Positions 18,175-28,130 are shown, counted from the stretch's first letter. The stretch is 38,045 nt of DNA from a virus (IMGVR_UViG_2534681663_000013:1-38045); one strand, 5' to 3'. Notes: generated by a model not told the origin, from the sequence alone. Made by a program: numbers and translations.

Positions 18175-21100
18175 ATGGTCAGTCAAACCAATGAACAAGC
18201 ATTAGAGTCGGCCATTGAGAAATGTCTGGCTGGGATCAGTACTGAAGAGCTCAAAGAGGGGCTGAGTCAGCAGTCACTGGGTGCTGGATACTTCATTGGT
18301 GCTGCTAGTGACTTTAATATGCAATATGCCATTGATGAACGTTTTTTCTGGCAATTTCTGCAAAAGACACAAGAAGTAGAGTTGGCCAAACTGCAAAAGA
18401 ACAACCCCTCAGATTGGCAGCGTAAGTTACTCGAACGATTTGACCGATTGATTAAGAAGCATGGCATTCTTCATTTACTTAAGAAAGGGCTAAGCGTAGA
18501 CGATGCTCACTTCAATTTGCTCTATCCAGCCCCTTTGGCAAGTAGTAGTGAGAAGGTAAAGCAAAACTTTGCAGATAACGTGTTTAGTTGTACTCGCCAA
18601 GTGCGCTATTCCATGGTAAATCCCCTACAAGAAATCGACATGGTATTGTTTATCAACGGAATACCCTTGATAACGCTGGAGTTGAAGAACGCATGGACCG
18701 GGCAAACAGCACGTTATCACGGCCAAAAGCAGTATCGAGATGATCGGGATGCAACTCAGCCATTGCTGACCTTTGGCCGCTGCCTAGTGCATATGGCGGT
18801 CGATACCGACGAAGTGTATATGACCACCAAGTTATCAGGTAGCAGTACATTCTTCTTGCCGTTCAATAAAGGTCACAATCTTGGACAAGGCAACCCGCCG
18901 AATCCATCTGGCCATAAAACGGCATACCTATGGCAAGAAGTATTCACTAAAGACAGCTTGGCGAATATTATTCAGCATTTTGTGCGTCTGGATGGGTCAA
19001 GCAAAGATCCATTACCAAAGCGAACCCTGTTCTTTCCTCGATACCATCAATTGGATGTGGTGAGAAAATTAGTAGACCATGCCGCCCAGCACGGTGTCGG
19101 TCAGACTTACTTAATTCAACACTCAGCCGGTTCAGGTAAGTCTAACTCGATTACCTGGGCAGCTTATCAGCTAATTGAAACCTATCCTGCTTCGTCTGAT
19201 GTGGCAGGCGGAAAAAGCTTGGAGCAGCCGTTGTTTGACTCTGTGATTGTGGTCACCGATAGACGCCTATTGGACAAGCAGCTGCGGGATAACATTAAAG
19301 AGTTTTCTGAAGTAAAGAACATTATTGCCCCAGCGAATAAGTCTTCTGAGCTTAAGCAGGCGCTGGAGAATGGCAAAAAGATTATTATAACGACGATTCA
19401 GAAATTCCCGTTCATTATTGATGGTATCACCGATCTTAGTGACAAGCGCTTTGCAGTGATCATCGATGAAGCACACAGCTCACAGTCTGGTTCGGCGCAT
19501 GACAATATGAACCGAGCGATGGGCAAGTCTGAAGTCGAAGAGGCAGAAGATGCTCAGGATAAAATCCTTCAGGCGATGAGATCGCGTAAGATGCGCGGGA
19601 ATGCGTCGTACCTGGCATTTACAGCGACACCAAAAAACAGCACTTTGGAGAAATTTGGTCAACGCCAAGAAGATGGCTCTTAAAAGCCGTTTCACTTGTA
19701 TTCGATGAAACAAGCCATTGAAGAAGGCTTCATCTTGGATGTGCTGGCAAATTATACGACGTACAAAAGTTATTATGAGATTGAGAAATCAATTGCTGAT
19801 AACCCTGAGTTTGATACCAAAAAGGCGCAGAAAAAACTCAGAGCTTATGTAGAACGAAGCCAGCAAACAATTGATATCAAGGCAGAGATTATGCTGGAGC
19901 ATTTTGTTCCGCATGTCGTGAATACGAAAAAGCTCAAAGGTAAAGGTAAAGGAATGGTGGTCACTCAAAATATTGAGGCGGCCATTCGATACTACAAAGC
20001 GATAAGGCGAATACTTGAGGAGCAAGGAAACCCGTTTAAAGTTGCCATTGCTTTCTCAGGAACCAAAGAAGTTGATGGTATTGAATATACCGAAGCAGAT
20101 ATTAATGGTTTTGCCGAGTCAGATACCAAAGATATGTTTGATACCGATGAGTATCGACTTTTAGTGGTTGCTAACAAGTATCTGACTGGGTTTGACCAGC
20201 CTAAGCTTTGCGCCATGTATGTAGATAAGAAGCTCGCCAGTGTCTTGTGTGTTCAGGCGCTATCTAGGCTCAATCGCAGTGCACCTAAGCTAGGGAAGAA
20301 AACAGAAGACTTGTTTATCCTGGATTTTTTCAACTCGGTTGAAGATATTCAATCAGCATTCGATCCTTTCTATACAGCAACGTCATTGTCCCAAGCTACA
20401 GATATAAACGTACTGCACGAGTTGAAAGATGAAATGGACGATGTCGGTGTGTACGAGTGGTATGAAGTTGAAGACTTTGTGACGCGTTATTTCAAGAATG
20501 AAGACGCCCAAACACTCAGTCCAATCATTGATATTGCCGCAGCGCGGTTTGACCATGAACTAGATCTTGAAGCTGAAGCTAAAGTGGACTTTAAGATTAA
20601 AGCCAAACAGTTCGTTAAAATCTATGGGCAGATGGCTTCTATCATGCCTTATGAAATGGTCAGCTGGGAAAAACTGTTTTGGTTCCTGAAGTTTTTAATA
20701 CCGAAATTGAAAGTGGAAGATCCCGATGCTGATGCTATTGATGAGCTTCTCGATTCTGTCGATCTGAGTTCATACGGTTTGCAACGTGTGAAGCTTAACC
20801 ACAGCATTAAACTTAGTGACCAAGAAGCGGAGCTTGATCCTCAAAATCCGAACCCACGTGGGGTGCATGGCGGTGAAAAAGAAACTGACCCGCTGGATGA
20901 AATCATTCGCACATTTAATGAGCGATGGTTCCAGGGCTGGAGTGCCACACCTGAAGAGCAAAAGGTTAAGTTCGTGAACATCGCTGAAAGTATCCGCAAT
21001 CACCCTGACTTCGAATCGAAATACAAAAACAACCCAGATCCCCATAATCGAGATTTGGCCTTCGAAAAAATGCTCAAGGAAATCATGCTGCAACGCCGTA

Positions 21101-21192
21101 AAGATGAACTTGAGCTCTACAAGTTGTTCGCAGGAGATTCAGCATTTAAAGCCTCGTGGACGCAAAGTATGCAACGAATGGTGGGTAGGTAG
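18175..21192 (+). pseudogene. hsdR: Type I R-M restriction subunit HsdR interrupted by an in-frame TAA at 19681-19683
   Basis: ORFs 18175-19683 and 19696-21192 share one frame. Helicase motifs I (SAGSGKSNS), II (IIDEAHSS) and III (FTATPKNS) lie before the stop, and the conserved segment KQAIEEGFILDV follows directly after it. Confidence 0.8.
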
Positions 21193-21584
21193 AAAGGAGT
21201 GATGGTTTGCTGAAGGCAGTCTCAGAGTTATTAGGTGGGTCACCAGGCCTGAAAGGACGTCAAATTGCCAAGGAGCTGGGGCTGGTCAGCTGTCAGCAGC
21301 CGACTCACCGGTATAAACGTGGTGGTCATGAACATGTTGCTATCCCTAACTACCTTGAACGGCAGTTCGCCGTGACCGAGCCAAATCAGGTGTGGTGCGG
21401 TGATGTGACCTATATCTGGACGGGTAAGCGCTGGGCGTACCTCGCCGTTGTTCTCGACCTGTTCGCAAGAAAACCAGTGGGCTGGGCCATGTCGTTCTCG
21501 CCGGACAGCAGGCTCACCATGAAAGCGCTGGAAATGGCATGGGAAACCCGTGGTAAGCCCGGCGGGGTGATGTTCCACAGCGAT
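21193..21584 (+). mobile_element. IS3-family (IS911-like) transposase OrfB remnant, truncated after the HSD of the DDE core
   Basis: Translation ...[65 protein letters not shown] matches IS911-type OrfB as recalled. Homology stops at ~21584, with no orfA or downstream orfB. Confidence 0.7.
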
Positions 21585-21589
21585 AGTAA

Positions 21590-23040
21590 TAATGCCGATG
21601 TCAGTCTTTACCACCACTTAGTTTGCCGTTTAACCAGATTGGTGTGATTACTGATGCAGTGAAGACCTTCCCGCATCCTGACTCACACAGCGATCGACCT
21701 TTTGTGTCCTGCCCTGGACCCGTCGGTTGCCGGAAGCGCCTTCATGCGAGGCATCTCCTCACCGATGCGCGTGACTCAAGAAGGGCCTGACGGCTTGTCT
21801 CGTTACTGTCCTGTCCGGGTTATCTGTCTGGAGATTCAACTCTGTTTCCTCACAGGAGCTCTGTCATGGTTGATAAAGTTACCGAAGCTGCCGTTGTGGG
21901 TGGCGTGGATACACATAAAGATTTGCACGTTGCCGCTGTCGTAGATCAGAACAATAAAGTCCTTGGGACTCAGTATTTCTCCACAACACGACAAGGTTAC
22001 CGGCAGATGCTGGCATGGATGACCTCGTTTGGGACATTAAAGCGAATTGGTGTTGAGTGCACAGGTACCTATGGTTCCGGTTTGCTTCGTTATTTTCAGA
22101 ACGCCGGGTTAGAAGTTCTTGAGGTGACTGCTCCAGACCGGATGGAGCGACGCAAACGGGGTAAAAGTGACACAATTGATGCTGAATGTGCCGCTCATGC
22201 AGCATTCTCAGGCATCAGGACAGTTACTCCCAAAACGCGTGATGGCATGATTGAGTCCCTGCGGGTATTAAAAACTTGCCGAAAAACAGCAATATCAGCC
22301 CGCAGAGTCGCTCTCCAGATTATCCATTCAAATATTATCTCTGCCCCGGATGAATTACGTGAACAGCTCAGAAATATGACGCGCATGCAGCTCATCAGGA
22401 CCCTGGGTTCCTGGAGACCTGATGCCAGTGAATACCGCAATGTAACCAACGTTTATCGCATTTCATTAAAGTCCCTTGCCCGACGCTATCTCGAGTTACA
22501 TGACGAAATCGCTGATCTGGATGTCATGATTGCGGCAATTGTCGACGAGTTGGCACCTGAGCTGATTAAACGTAATGCTATCGGATACGAAAGCGCTTCA
22601 CAGTTGCTGATCACTGCCGGAGACAATCCTCAACGGTTAAGATCAGAATCAGGATTTGCGGCACTGTGTGGTGTCAGCCCGGTCCCCGTTTCTTCTGGAA
22701 AAACGAACCGTTACCGACTTAATCGTGGTGGAGATCGTGCTGCAAATAGTGCACTTCACATCATCGCCATCGGACGCTTACGAACTGACGCAAAAACAAA
22801 GGAATATGTCGCCAGGCGTGTAGCCGAAGGACATACAAAAATGGAAGCGATACGCTGTCTAAAGCGATATATCTCCCGCGAAGTTTACACGTTACTGCGC
22901 AATCAAAACAGGCGGATCAACAGTATCCCGATAACAGCTTGACTCTTAGAAGGGCGTCCAGGGCAGTCATTAGGTTCGTTTACAACAAATCGGGTGATGT
23001 ATACGGCGTTCACGCGAAGAACGACAGCTACCTTTTCGAT
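21590..23040 (+). mobile_element. IS110-family insertion sequence (ends approximate)
   Basis: Single DEDD-type transposase gene with ~280 bp of non-coding sequence upstream and ~100 bp downstream. Boundaries inferred from where IS911 homology stops and the next gene starts. Confidence 0.55.
21866..22942 (+). CDS. IS110-family (DEDD) transposase
   Basis: N-terminal RuvC-like motif VVGGVDTHKDLHVAAVVD and the typical C-terminal IS110/IS116/IS902 transposase domain (...SESGFAALCGVSPVPVSSGKTNRYRLNRGGDRAANSALH...). Confidence 0.9.
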   Translation: MVDKVTEAAVVGGVDTHKDLHVAAVVDQNNKVLGTQYFSTTRQGYRQMLAWMTSFGTLKRIGVECTGTYGSGLLRYFQNAGLEVLEVTAPDRMERRKRGKSDTIDAECAAHAAFSGIRTVTPKTRDGMIESLRVLKTCRKTAISARRVALQIIHSNIISAPDELREQLRNMTRMQLIRTLGSWRPDASEYRNVTNVYRISLKSLARRYLELHDEIADLDVMIAAIVDELAPELIKRNAIGYESASQLLITAGDNPQRLRSESGFAALCGVSPVPVSSGKTNRYRLNRGGDRAANSALHIIAIGRLRTDAKTKEYVARRVAEGHTKMEAIRCLKRYISREVYTLLRNQNRRINSIPITA

Positions 23041-23057
23041 GACTGCAAGGAGGTTAG

Positions 23058-23273
23058 TTGATGGCGGTTACACTGACAGGTCTGGAAATCGAAAAAACAA
23101 GCGGCTACTGGCGTGCCAAAGGGTTCAAGCAGTCCGGCGTACTGGAACGACTGGAACGTGAAGATGGGTATATTGTCCACCAGCGACGTGAATGGCACAT
23201 GTACGATCCGGAAACAGGTAAGCTCGCAACGAAGGCCGGGACACTCTGGGGTCTGCTGAAGAAAATCCACTGA
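23058..23273 (+). CDS. Hypothetical 71-aa protein
   Basis: RBS AAGGAGG 7 nt upstream of the ATG. No family assignment. Confidence 0.45.
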   Translation: MMAVTLTGLEIEKTSGYWRAKGFKQSGVLERLEREDGYIVHQRREWHMYDPETGKLATKAGTLWGLLKKIH

Positions 23274-23280
23274 TAACACT

Positions 23281-23880
23281 ATCCACTGCGGTGAGTAGCC
23301 AGCTCACCGCGTGTGAATCCGGCTCATAACCACTGTAGCGAGTAGAACACCCTTCAGGTATGCACCCCAACCACTGTAGTGAGCAAACCCTCTGCCACGA
23401 TATCAACTATCCACTGTAGTGAGTAAATTGGTGATTATCGGGGTCGCTATACACTGTAGTGAGTAAACAGGCGTTCACTGACTACAAACAACCACTATAG
23501 AGAGTGATGGAATGCCCCCTCCAGCGGATATCCACTATGGAGAGTAAATCTTCGCTGTTTTAAACGGATATCCACTCACTACAGTGGATAGAGGTCAAGT
23601 CAGCCAATTCTGCTCTTCACAGTGGATAGTCAACAATGAGGAGAGCGACGATAACCGCTGTAGAGAGTAGACTTAACAGAGATACCCAGTGACCGCTAAC
23701 CTCTCAGCCCTTGTTTTATCTATGTTTGCAACCACTAACATTTACTTCGCGATTTGTGCGCACTGCCTACAGTGGTTATTCTTCGGTTTCTTTTACTCAC
23801 TACAGTGGATATTGCATTTCCGATAAACAAAAAGGCTCACTATCTACTGTAGTGAGCCTTTTTACTCTCTACAGTGGTTG
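23281..23880. repeat. Iteron array (~14 copies of a ~17-19 bp CCACTGTAGTGAGTA-like repeat, both orientations) downstream of repA; incA-like copy-control locus
   Basis: Reiterated degenerate repeats (atccactgtagtgagtaa, aaccactatagagagtga, tccactcactacagtggata, and others) with irregular spacing. Confidence 0.8.
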
Positions 23881-23882
23881 GG

Positions 23883-24938
23883 CTATTTGCGAGCCTTTGC
23901 CTTGCGCAGCTCTTCGAGAATCGCCAGTTCTTCCTTGCTCAACATGACCATTTCCCCGTCTTTTTCTTCAGGGGCAACATCGATAATGTCCTCCGGATCA
24001 TCACCTGGCAAGATATCTTCTGGCTCTTCAGGCGTAGCCATAGATGGCGGCAGTGCCGAACGTAACTTCGGCCGTCTATAGTGGATGACGAAGTAGACCG
24101 AGCTGCCGCGTTTCACTTCAGTGTAATCGAGATAGCCGATCTCTCGCAGCTGCTCCATCGCCTTCCTGACTGTCGCATTCTGGGTAATGGTGCGGCTGGT
24201 TAAGTTAAGTCTGGCGCGTAAGCGAGCCAATGAGATTGGCGCCGGGTCTGGTGGCAAACTTTCAATGAAGGTGTAGAGCGCCTGCGCGGATTCCTTTCTG
24301 GAGAGTTCGTTGATGGCCCGAAGTTGCAAAAGCACCTTTTTGTCGAACTGGTAAAGTTCGAAAATCTTAGGATCGGCCTTCAGTTCGACCGTGTCATTCT
24401 TGGTACTGTACTTTGCCGTCTGCACAAGGTGCGTAACGTAATACTCTTCAGAGCCTTTGCTGCGGAATGAGATGGTGTTTGTGGCGATACGACTTAGAGA
24501 GCTGTCCAGGCGCTTACGTAACTTCGCGGACGATCTGGCTGTTGGTATGCCACAAAGTCTGACGAACTCGACGAACGGCAACGTGACGGTGTCACCAACA
24601 ACCTTGTGCTTGGCGAACGCGTGGATGATGCCCACCCATGTTTTGAAATCGTTATCCATATCAAGACGAAGACCAGCAATCCTTATATCCTCGTACCCTT
24701 CGGCTTTGGCCAGAGACAGCTGTTTGAGTTCAGCGGAGGCGTCCATAGAGACCATTTGCCCCTTTCTACCCCTGGATGTCGATTTCAGCGTCGGAACGAA
24801 GAGACCAAGACGCATCAGAGCAACAGGCTGAACTGTGTTGTTGGTGTTAGGAACTAACGTAACAACTTCGCCGGTCTTTTTGTCTGTTTCGGAAAATGCT
24901 TCGCTTATCGCAATGTTTTTATTGTCGTTTACGCTCAT
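23883..24938 (-). CDS. repA: Plasmid replication initiator RepA (P1 RepA / RepFIB-like)
   Basis: Signature segments [51 protein letters not shown] and LYTFIESLP match P1-type RepA as recalled. Flanked by iterons. Confidence 0.9.
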   Translation of the reverse strand: MSVNDNKNIAISEAFSETDKKTGEVVTLVPNTNNTVQPVALMRLGLFVPTLKSTSRGRKGQMVSMDASAELKQLSLAKAEGYEDIRIAGLRLDMDNDFKTWVGIIHAFAKHKVVGDTVTLPFVEFVRLCGIPTARSSAKLRKRLDSSLSRIATNTISFRSKGSEEYYVTHLVQTAKYSTKNDTVELKADPKIFELYQFDKKVLLQLRAINELSRKESAQALYTFIESLPPDPAPISLARLRARLNLTSRTITQNATVRKAMEQLREIGYLDYTEVKRGSSVYFVIHYRRPKLRSALPPSMATPEEPEDILPGDDPEDIIDVAPEEKDGEMVMLSKEELAILEELRKAKARK

Positions 24939-24974
24939 TCCAAATGTCTCTTTTTATTCGACGGCTTGGGTGCC

Positions 24975-25105
24975 TTTACTGATTACAGTGGATAGTAGCA
25001 CCCATCACAGTGGTTATCCTACCGCCTACAGCGGTTTTTCTACTCTCCATAGTGGTTGATTTACTCTCTATAGTGGTTGTTCTTCTCACTATAGTGGATA
25101 TCGAT
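24975..25105. repeat. Origin-proximal iteron cluster (6 direct copies of CTMYAGTGGWTR-like repeat) immediately upstream of repA
   Basis: Same repeat family as 23281-23880, all in one orientation. Position matches the oriR/incC iterons of P1-type replicons. Confidence 0.8.
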
Positions 25106-25147
25106 AACCTCTAAAGCCATGTGGCACAACGGTTTGCAGGGGCCGGG

Positions 25148-25220
25148 GATCTCTTTGGGTCTTTGTGGTTCTCTTTGGTTCTAACAGGGATCTGAATTAC
25201 TGGATCGGGCCTGTGTATAA
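25148..25220. promoter_or_regulatory. Origin-like module 1: 3 GATC sites plus a DnaA-box match (TGTGTATAA, rc TTATACACA)
   Basis: GATC at 25148, 25189 and 25203. DnaA-box consensus TTATNCACA matched at 25212-25220. Confidence 0.5.
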
Positions 25221-25379
25221 AAATCAGATAATTACAAAATCAGGCATCACTCCCCTTCTGGGGATAATGTGTGATCGAAATAAACACGCCGCAACGCAAA
25301 ATTTACAATATTTCCAAGAATATCAGCCATCTGCCGCAGAAAAACAGGCTCGGAGTTATCCAGTTAAAACATTGTCTCC

Positions 25380-25495
25380 TACTCACTACAGTGGATACCG
25401 ACTACTCTCCAGAGAGGTTGTTTTGCTCTTCATAGCGGTTATTATGCTCTCTACAGTGGTTATTTTGCTCCCTATAGTGGATAGTAACCCCTTCT
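25380..25495. repeat. Third iteron cluster (about 5 copies)
   Basis: cactacagtggatac, cttcatagcggttatt, ctctacagtggttatt and cctatagtggatag, same family as the other two clusters. Confidence 0.75.
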
Positions 25496-25523
25496 CAAGC
25501 CAGTAACCGCAAGCGCTGGAGAC

Positions 25524-25595
25524 GATCGGGGATCTCTTTTGATCTTCTGTAGGATCTCTCTGGGGATCTAAATATTGGATCGGGCCTGTGAATAA
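25524..25595. promoter_or_regulatory. Origin-like module 2: 6 GATC sites in 58 bp plus a DnaA-box match (TGTGAATAA, rc TTATTCACA)
   Basis: GATC at 25524, 25531, 25541, 25553, 25565 and 25578. DnaA-box match at 25587-25595. Parallel to module 1 (shared string TGGATCGGGCCTGTG). Confidence 0.6.
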
Positions 25596-25680
25596 AGTGA
25601 ATAAGTAAACAGGCATTTGCAAACTCCGGTGCGCCTTATCCGTTATCGTTGCCCCGGACAAAATTATTTGAACAAGAATT

Positions 25681-26325
25681 ATGGATCTTAAACGCACGCG
25701 CTGGGTTCGCCGTCTTGAAGATGGCTCCTACACCATTGAATCAAACACTAGTCTGAACAAACAGAAGTTGCTCTGCGACCTTTGCGGCATTGCTTCGAAA
25801 TGCCCGATTAACGAAACCCGGCTTAAACTCCACGACGCCGGTGCGCATTTCCACCTAAACAGCTGCATACGTTACGTGCCACTACTAGCATTTCGTAAAC
25901 CGATCATCGGATTGGATGCTCCCTACTTCAACACACTGCGCTCTGGTGTCACTTGGCGAGATCGTGTCGAACCTGGCAAACTCGTTTGTCTGGTTGAAGC
26001 TGATACTGGAAATATCATCCGGTTCGGGAGAGTTGATAAGGTCTACTCAGGCCCGGTGGATGAAATACTGCGGAAACACAGCCGATTTAACCATCTCTGC
26101 ATGGGCGGAGAGAAGATTGAGAAGGTTGGCGAAGTAATTCGCAAATCTTACGGACACTTTCTGAATGATAACAGCCTTCTGACAGCCATTTACATTCGAC
26201 ATGTCGATCGGGAGTTCGACACGGAGTATCACAGTGCTGAAGAGTTGAATCTTGTAGACCCTCGTCCAAAAGCTGGGGTAATAGACATTAGCAGAGCGCG
26301 TCAGAAGCCCTCAGAGACGTTTTAA
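25681..26325 (+). CDS. Hypothetical protein (214 aa)
   Basis: Long ORF directly after the origin region. Weak resemblance of its central beta-rich segment to PUA/ASCH-like domains, not supported. Confidence 0.5.
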   Translation: MDLKRTRWVRRLEDGSYTIESNTSLNKQKLLCDLCGIASKCPINETRLKLHDAGAHFHLNSCIRYVPLLAFRKPIIGLDAPYFNTLRSGVTWRDRVEPGKLVCLVEADTGNIIRFGRVDKVYSGPVDEILRKHSRFNHLCMGGEKIEKVGEVIRKSYGHFLNDNSLLTAIYIRHVDREFDTEYHSAEELNLVDPRPKAGVIDISRARQKPSETF

Positions 26326-26721
26326 AGGCAAACTCATGCTTTTTACCGGGCATAAAATATGGTGTCTTAGAAAGACACTGAGAGCTTTAGGGATTAATGC
26401 ATGAGTGAATTTTATTCAAGAGCAGAAACTGTGGCCGACGGATGCGTTTGAAGACGACGCACGCAAACGCCGTAAATGTCATCTCACAACTTCACCGTCC
26501 GTTCTCCTTTTTCATTTCTTGTCATCAGTAAATGACTGCTCTCATAAAATTGCTTGTGACGTTTAGAAATCGTTGCTGCCCTACCTGATAGGTATTTACT
26601 TACTTATTTTTTTGTCATTATCATGTGCCTTTATATTCTTTTGTGTGCCGTGTTGTCTGGGTTGTACGCCTCTTATGCACGCTTAGAATTTGTATCAAAA
26701 TAACCACAAAGGAAAAGACAC

Positions 26722-27000
26722 ATGACATTGCCATACGGGGTAATATCAGATCCCCATTATCATCGTTGGGATGCTTTTGCGACAACAAACGCTGACGGGC
26801 TTAACTCTCGGCTGGAGATCCAACTGGACGCTACGAAGGAGGCGGCCAAAGCGATGAAAGCTGCTGGCTGTAAGCACATGCTGGTAGCTGGTGATACCTT
26901 CCATGTTCGCGGTGCTATATCACCTTCCGTTCTGCATTTCGTGACCGAAACTTACGAGTGGATCATCAAAGAGTTGGGTCTCAAGGTGGTAAGCTGGTGA
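26722..27000 (+). CDS. Hypothetical 92-aa ORF; may be the 5' part of a frameshifted gene continuing in 27035-27436
   Basis: RBS AAAGGAAAAGACAC-ATG. Motifs VISDPHYH and LVAGDTFHVRG. The downstream frame opens at 26993, 8 nt before this ORF stops. Confidence 0.4.
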   Translation: MTLPYGVISDPHYHRWDAFATTNADGLNSRLEIQLDATKEAAKAMKAAGCKHMLVAGDTFHVRGAISPSVLHFVTETYEWIIKELGLKVVSW

Positions 27001-27034
27001 TACGAAAAAGCAAGTTCGCGTTAACAGTGACGAT

Positions 27035-27436
27035 ATGCGGCGGTTGAACGAGATTTGGCGTGGTATTAAGCCACTGATTGACCAAGTTCATTTAGTGTTC
27101 TGTGAACTGCCAGTAGGCAGTCAATCTGCTAGAGCGATGGTTTCTTATGGTGGTTGTCTTGGCGTACTGGCGTGTGTGGATAAGCCACTGATACAGGTCA
27201 CGCCAAACGAGATTAAGTACTATGTCGGGAATAAGCTGACTACGTCGAAAGAAGAGATCATTCAGTGGGCTACGCAGAAGCAGCCAAACGCCCCGTGGTT
27301 GCGCCGGAAGCAATCGGGCAAGGAAGTGCTGGTGAATAAAAACGAGCACCTTGCGGACGCTGTCGCATCGATTTACACCGGTATGCAAACTGATCAATTC
27401 CGTCAGGTTCGCGATGTTCTTGCTGGAATTTTATAA
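27035..27436 (+). CDS. RuvC-like (RNase H-fold) resolvase-type protein, C-terminal two thirds; no start codon at the beginning of the open frame
   Basis: Aligns by eye to E. coli RuvC residues ~40-145 (KQVRVNSDDMRRLNEIW / VFCELP / HLADAVA matching VDDLPSRLKLIY / FAIEQV / DAADALA). Confidence 0.45.
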   Translation: MRRLNEIWRGIKPLIDQVHLVFCELPVGSQSARAMVSYGGCLGVLACVDKPLIQVTPNEIKYYVGNKLTTSKEEIIQWATQKQPNAPWLRRKQSGKEVLVNKNEHLADAVASIYTGMQTDQFRQVRDVLAGIL

Positions 27437-27474
27437 GTTGATAATTGATAGGTAAGTGCTTATCTATTACCATG

Positions 27475-27500
27475 AGACCACTATATATAGTGGTCTTTTT
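27475..27500 (+). terminator. Hairpin GACCACTATATATAGTGGTC followed by TTTTT
   Basis: Perfect palindromic stem followed by a T-run, downstream of the 27035-27436 ORF. Confidence 0.55.
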
Positions 27501-27674
27501 AATTGGGCTACACATAATAAGCATCGTAAAACGTAACGCCCACCGAGCCGCTGCCAGCTGCATGAAGCGCTGACAAAGTTCGCTGTCGATTGCACTGGCC
27601 CGAGCCAGTTCGAATACCAAACCCACCAGCAATCCCGTACCAACTTCAAAACCCCCGTAGTCGAGTTCAATCCC

Positions 27675-28130
27675 CAGCTCAAAACCGTAAAAGTATTCAG
27701 TGATGGCTCCTGCCTCAAAAATCCGGGCGGGCCGGGCGGTTACGGCATCGTTCTCCAGTATCGAGGCGAAGAGCGCGAGCTTTCTGAGGGCTTCCACAGC
27801 ACGACCAACAATCGGATGGAGATGATGGGCGCCCTGATTGCGCTGGAGCGTCTGAAGTACCCCTGCAACGTGATCCTGCATTCCGACAGCCAGTATCTTA
27901 AAAACGGCATGACGCTCTGGATGAAAGGCTGGAAGCGTAACGGATGGATCACGTCTGAGAAGAAGCCAGTCAAAAACGTGGATCTCTGGAAACGTCTCGA
28001 CGCGGCCGCCAGTCGTCATAATGTCCGCTGGAAGGGGGTTAAAGGCCATGCAGGTCATCGCGAGAACGAAATGTGTGACCGTCTGGCGAAGATCGCCGCC
28101 TATTGTCGAGCGAGTCTCCGCTTTTGTTAA
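27675..28130 (+). CDS. rnhA: RNase HI homologue; catalytic residues intact but no ATG/GTG/TTG at the expected start (CAG at 27675-27677)
   Basis: Translation [23 protein letters not shown]...[11 protein letters not shown]...ILHSDSQY...[13 protein letters not shown]...[17 protein letters not shown] aligns along the whole length of E. coli RNase HI. The frame is open from 27537, and the first canonical start is the ATG at 27816. Confidence 0.7.
   Translation, partial: QLKTVKVFSDGSCLKNPGGPGGYGIVLQYRGEERELSEGFHSTTNNRMEMMGALIALERLKYPCNVILHSDSQYLKNGMTLWMKGWKRNGWITSEKKPVKNVDLWKRLDAAASRHNVRWKGVKGHAGHRENEMCDRLAKIAAYCRASLRFC

Noticed and set aside
23281-23880. Possible CRISPR array
   Set aside because: The repeats are degenerate, occur in both orientations with irregular spacing, and flank a RepA gene. 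This is an iteron pattern, not repeat-spacer periodicity.
25165-25506. 113-aa ORF across the origin region
   Set aside because: It overlaps iterons and the GATC cluster, and its translation is dictated by the repeats.
26998-27000. In-frame stop joining 26722-27000 to 27035-27436 (read-through or recoding)
   Set aside because: Checking codon positions shows the two ORFs are in different frames, so the relationship is a frameshift, not an in-frame stop.
26722-27000. Calcineurin-like metallophosphoesterase call
   Set aside because: Only two motif-like strings (SDPHYH, GDTFHVRG) are present, with no GNHD/GH/GHxH motifs downstream in any frame. Too weak to assert.
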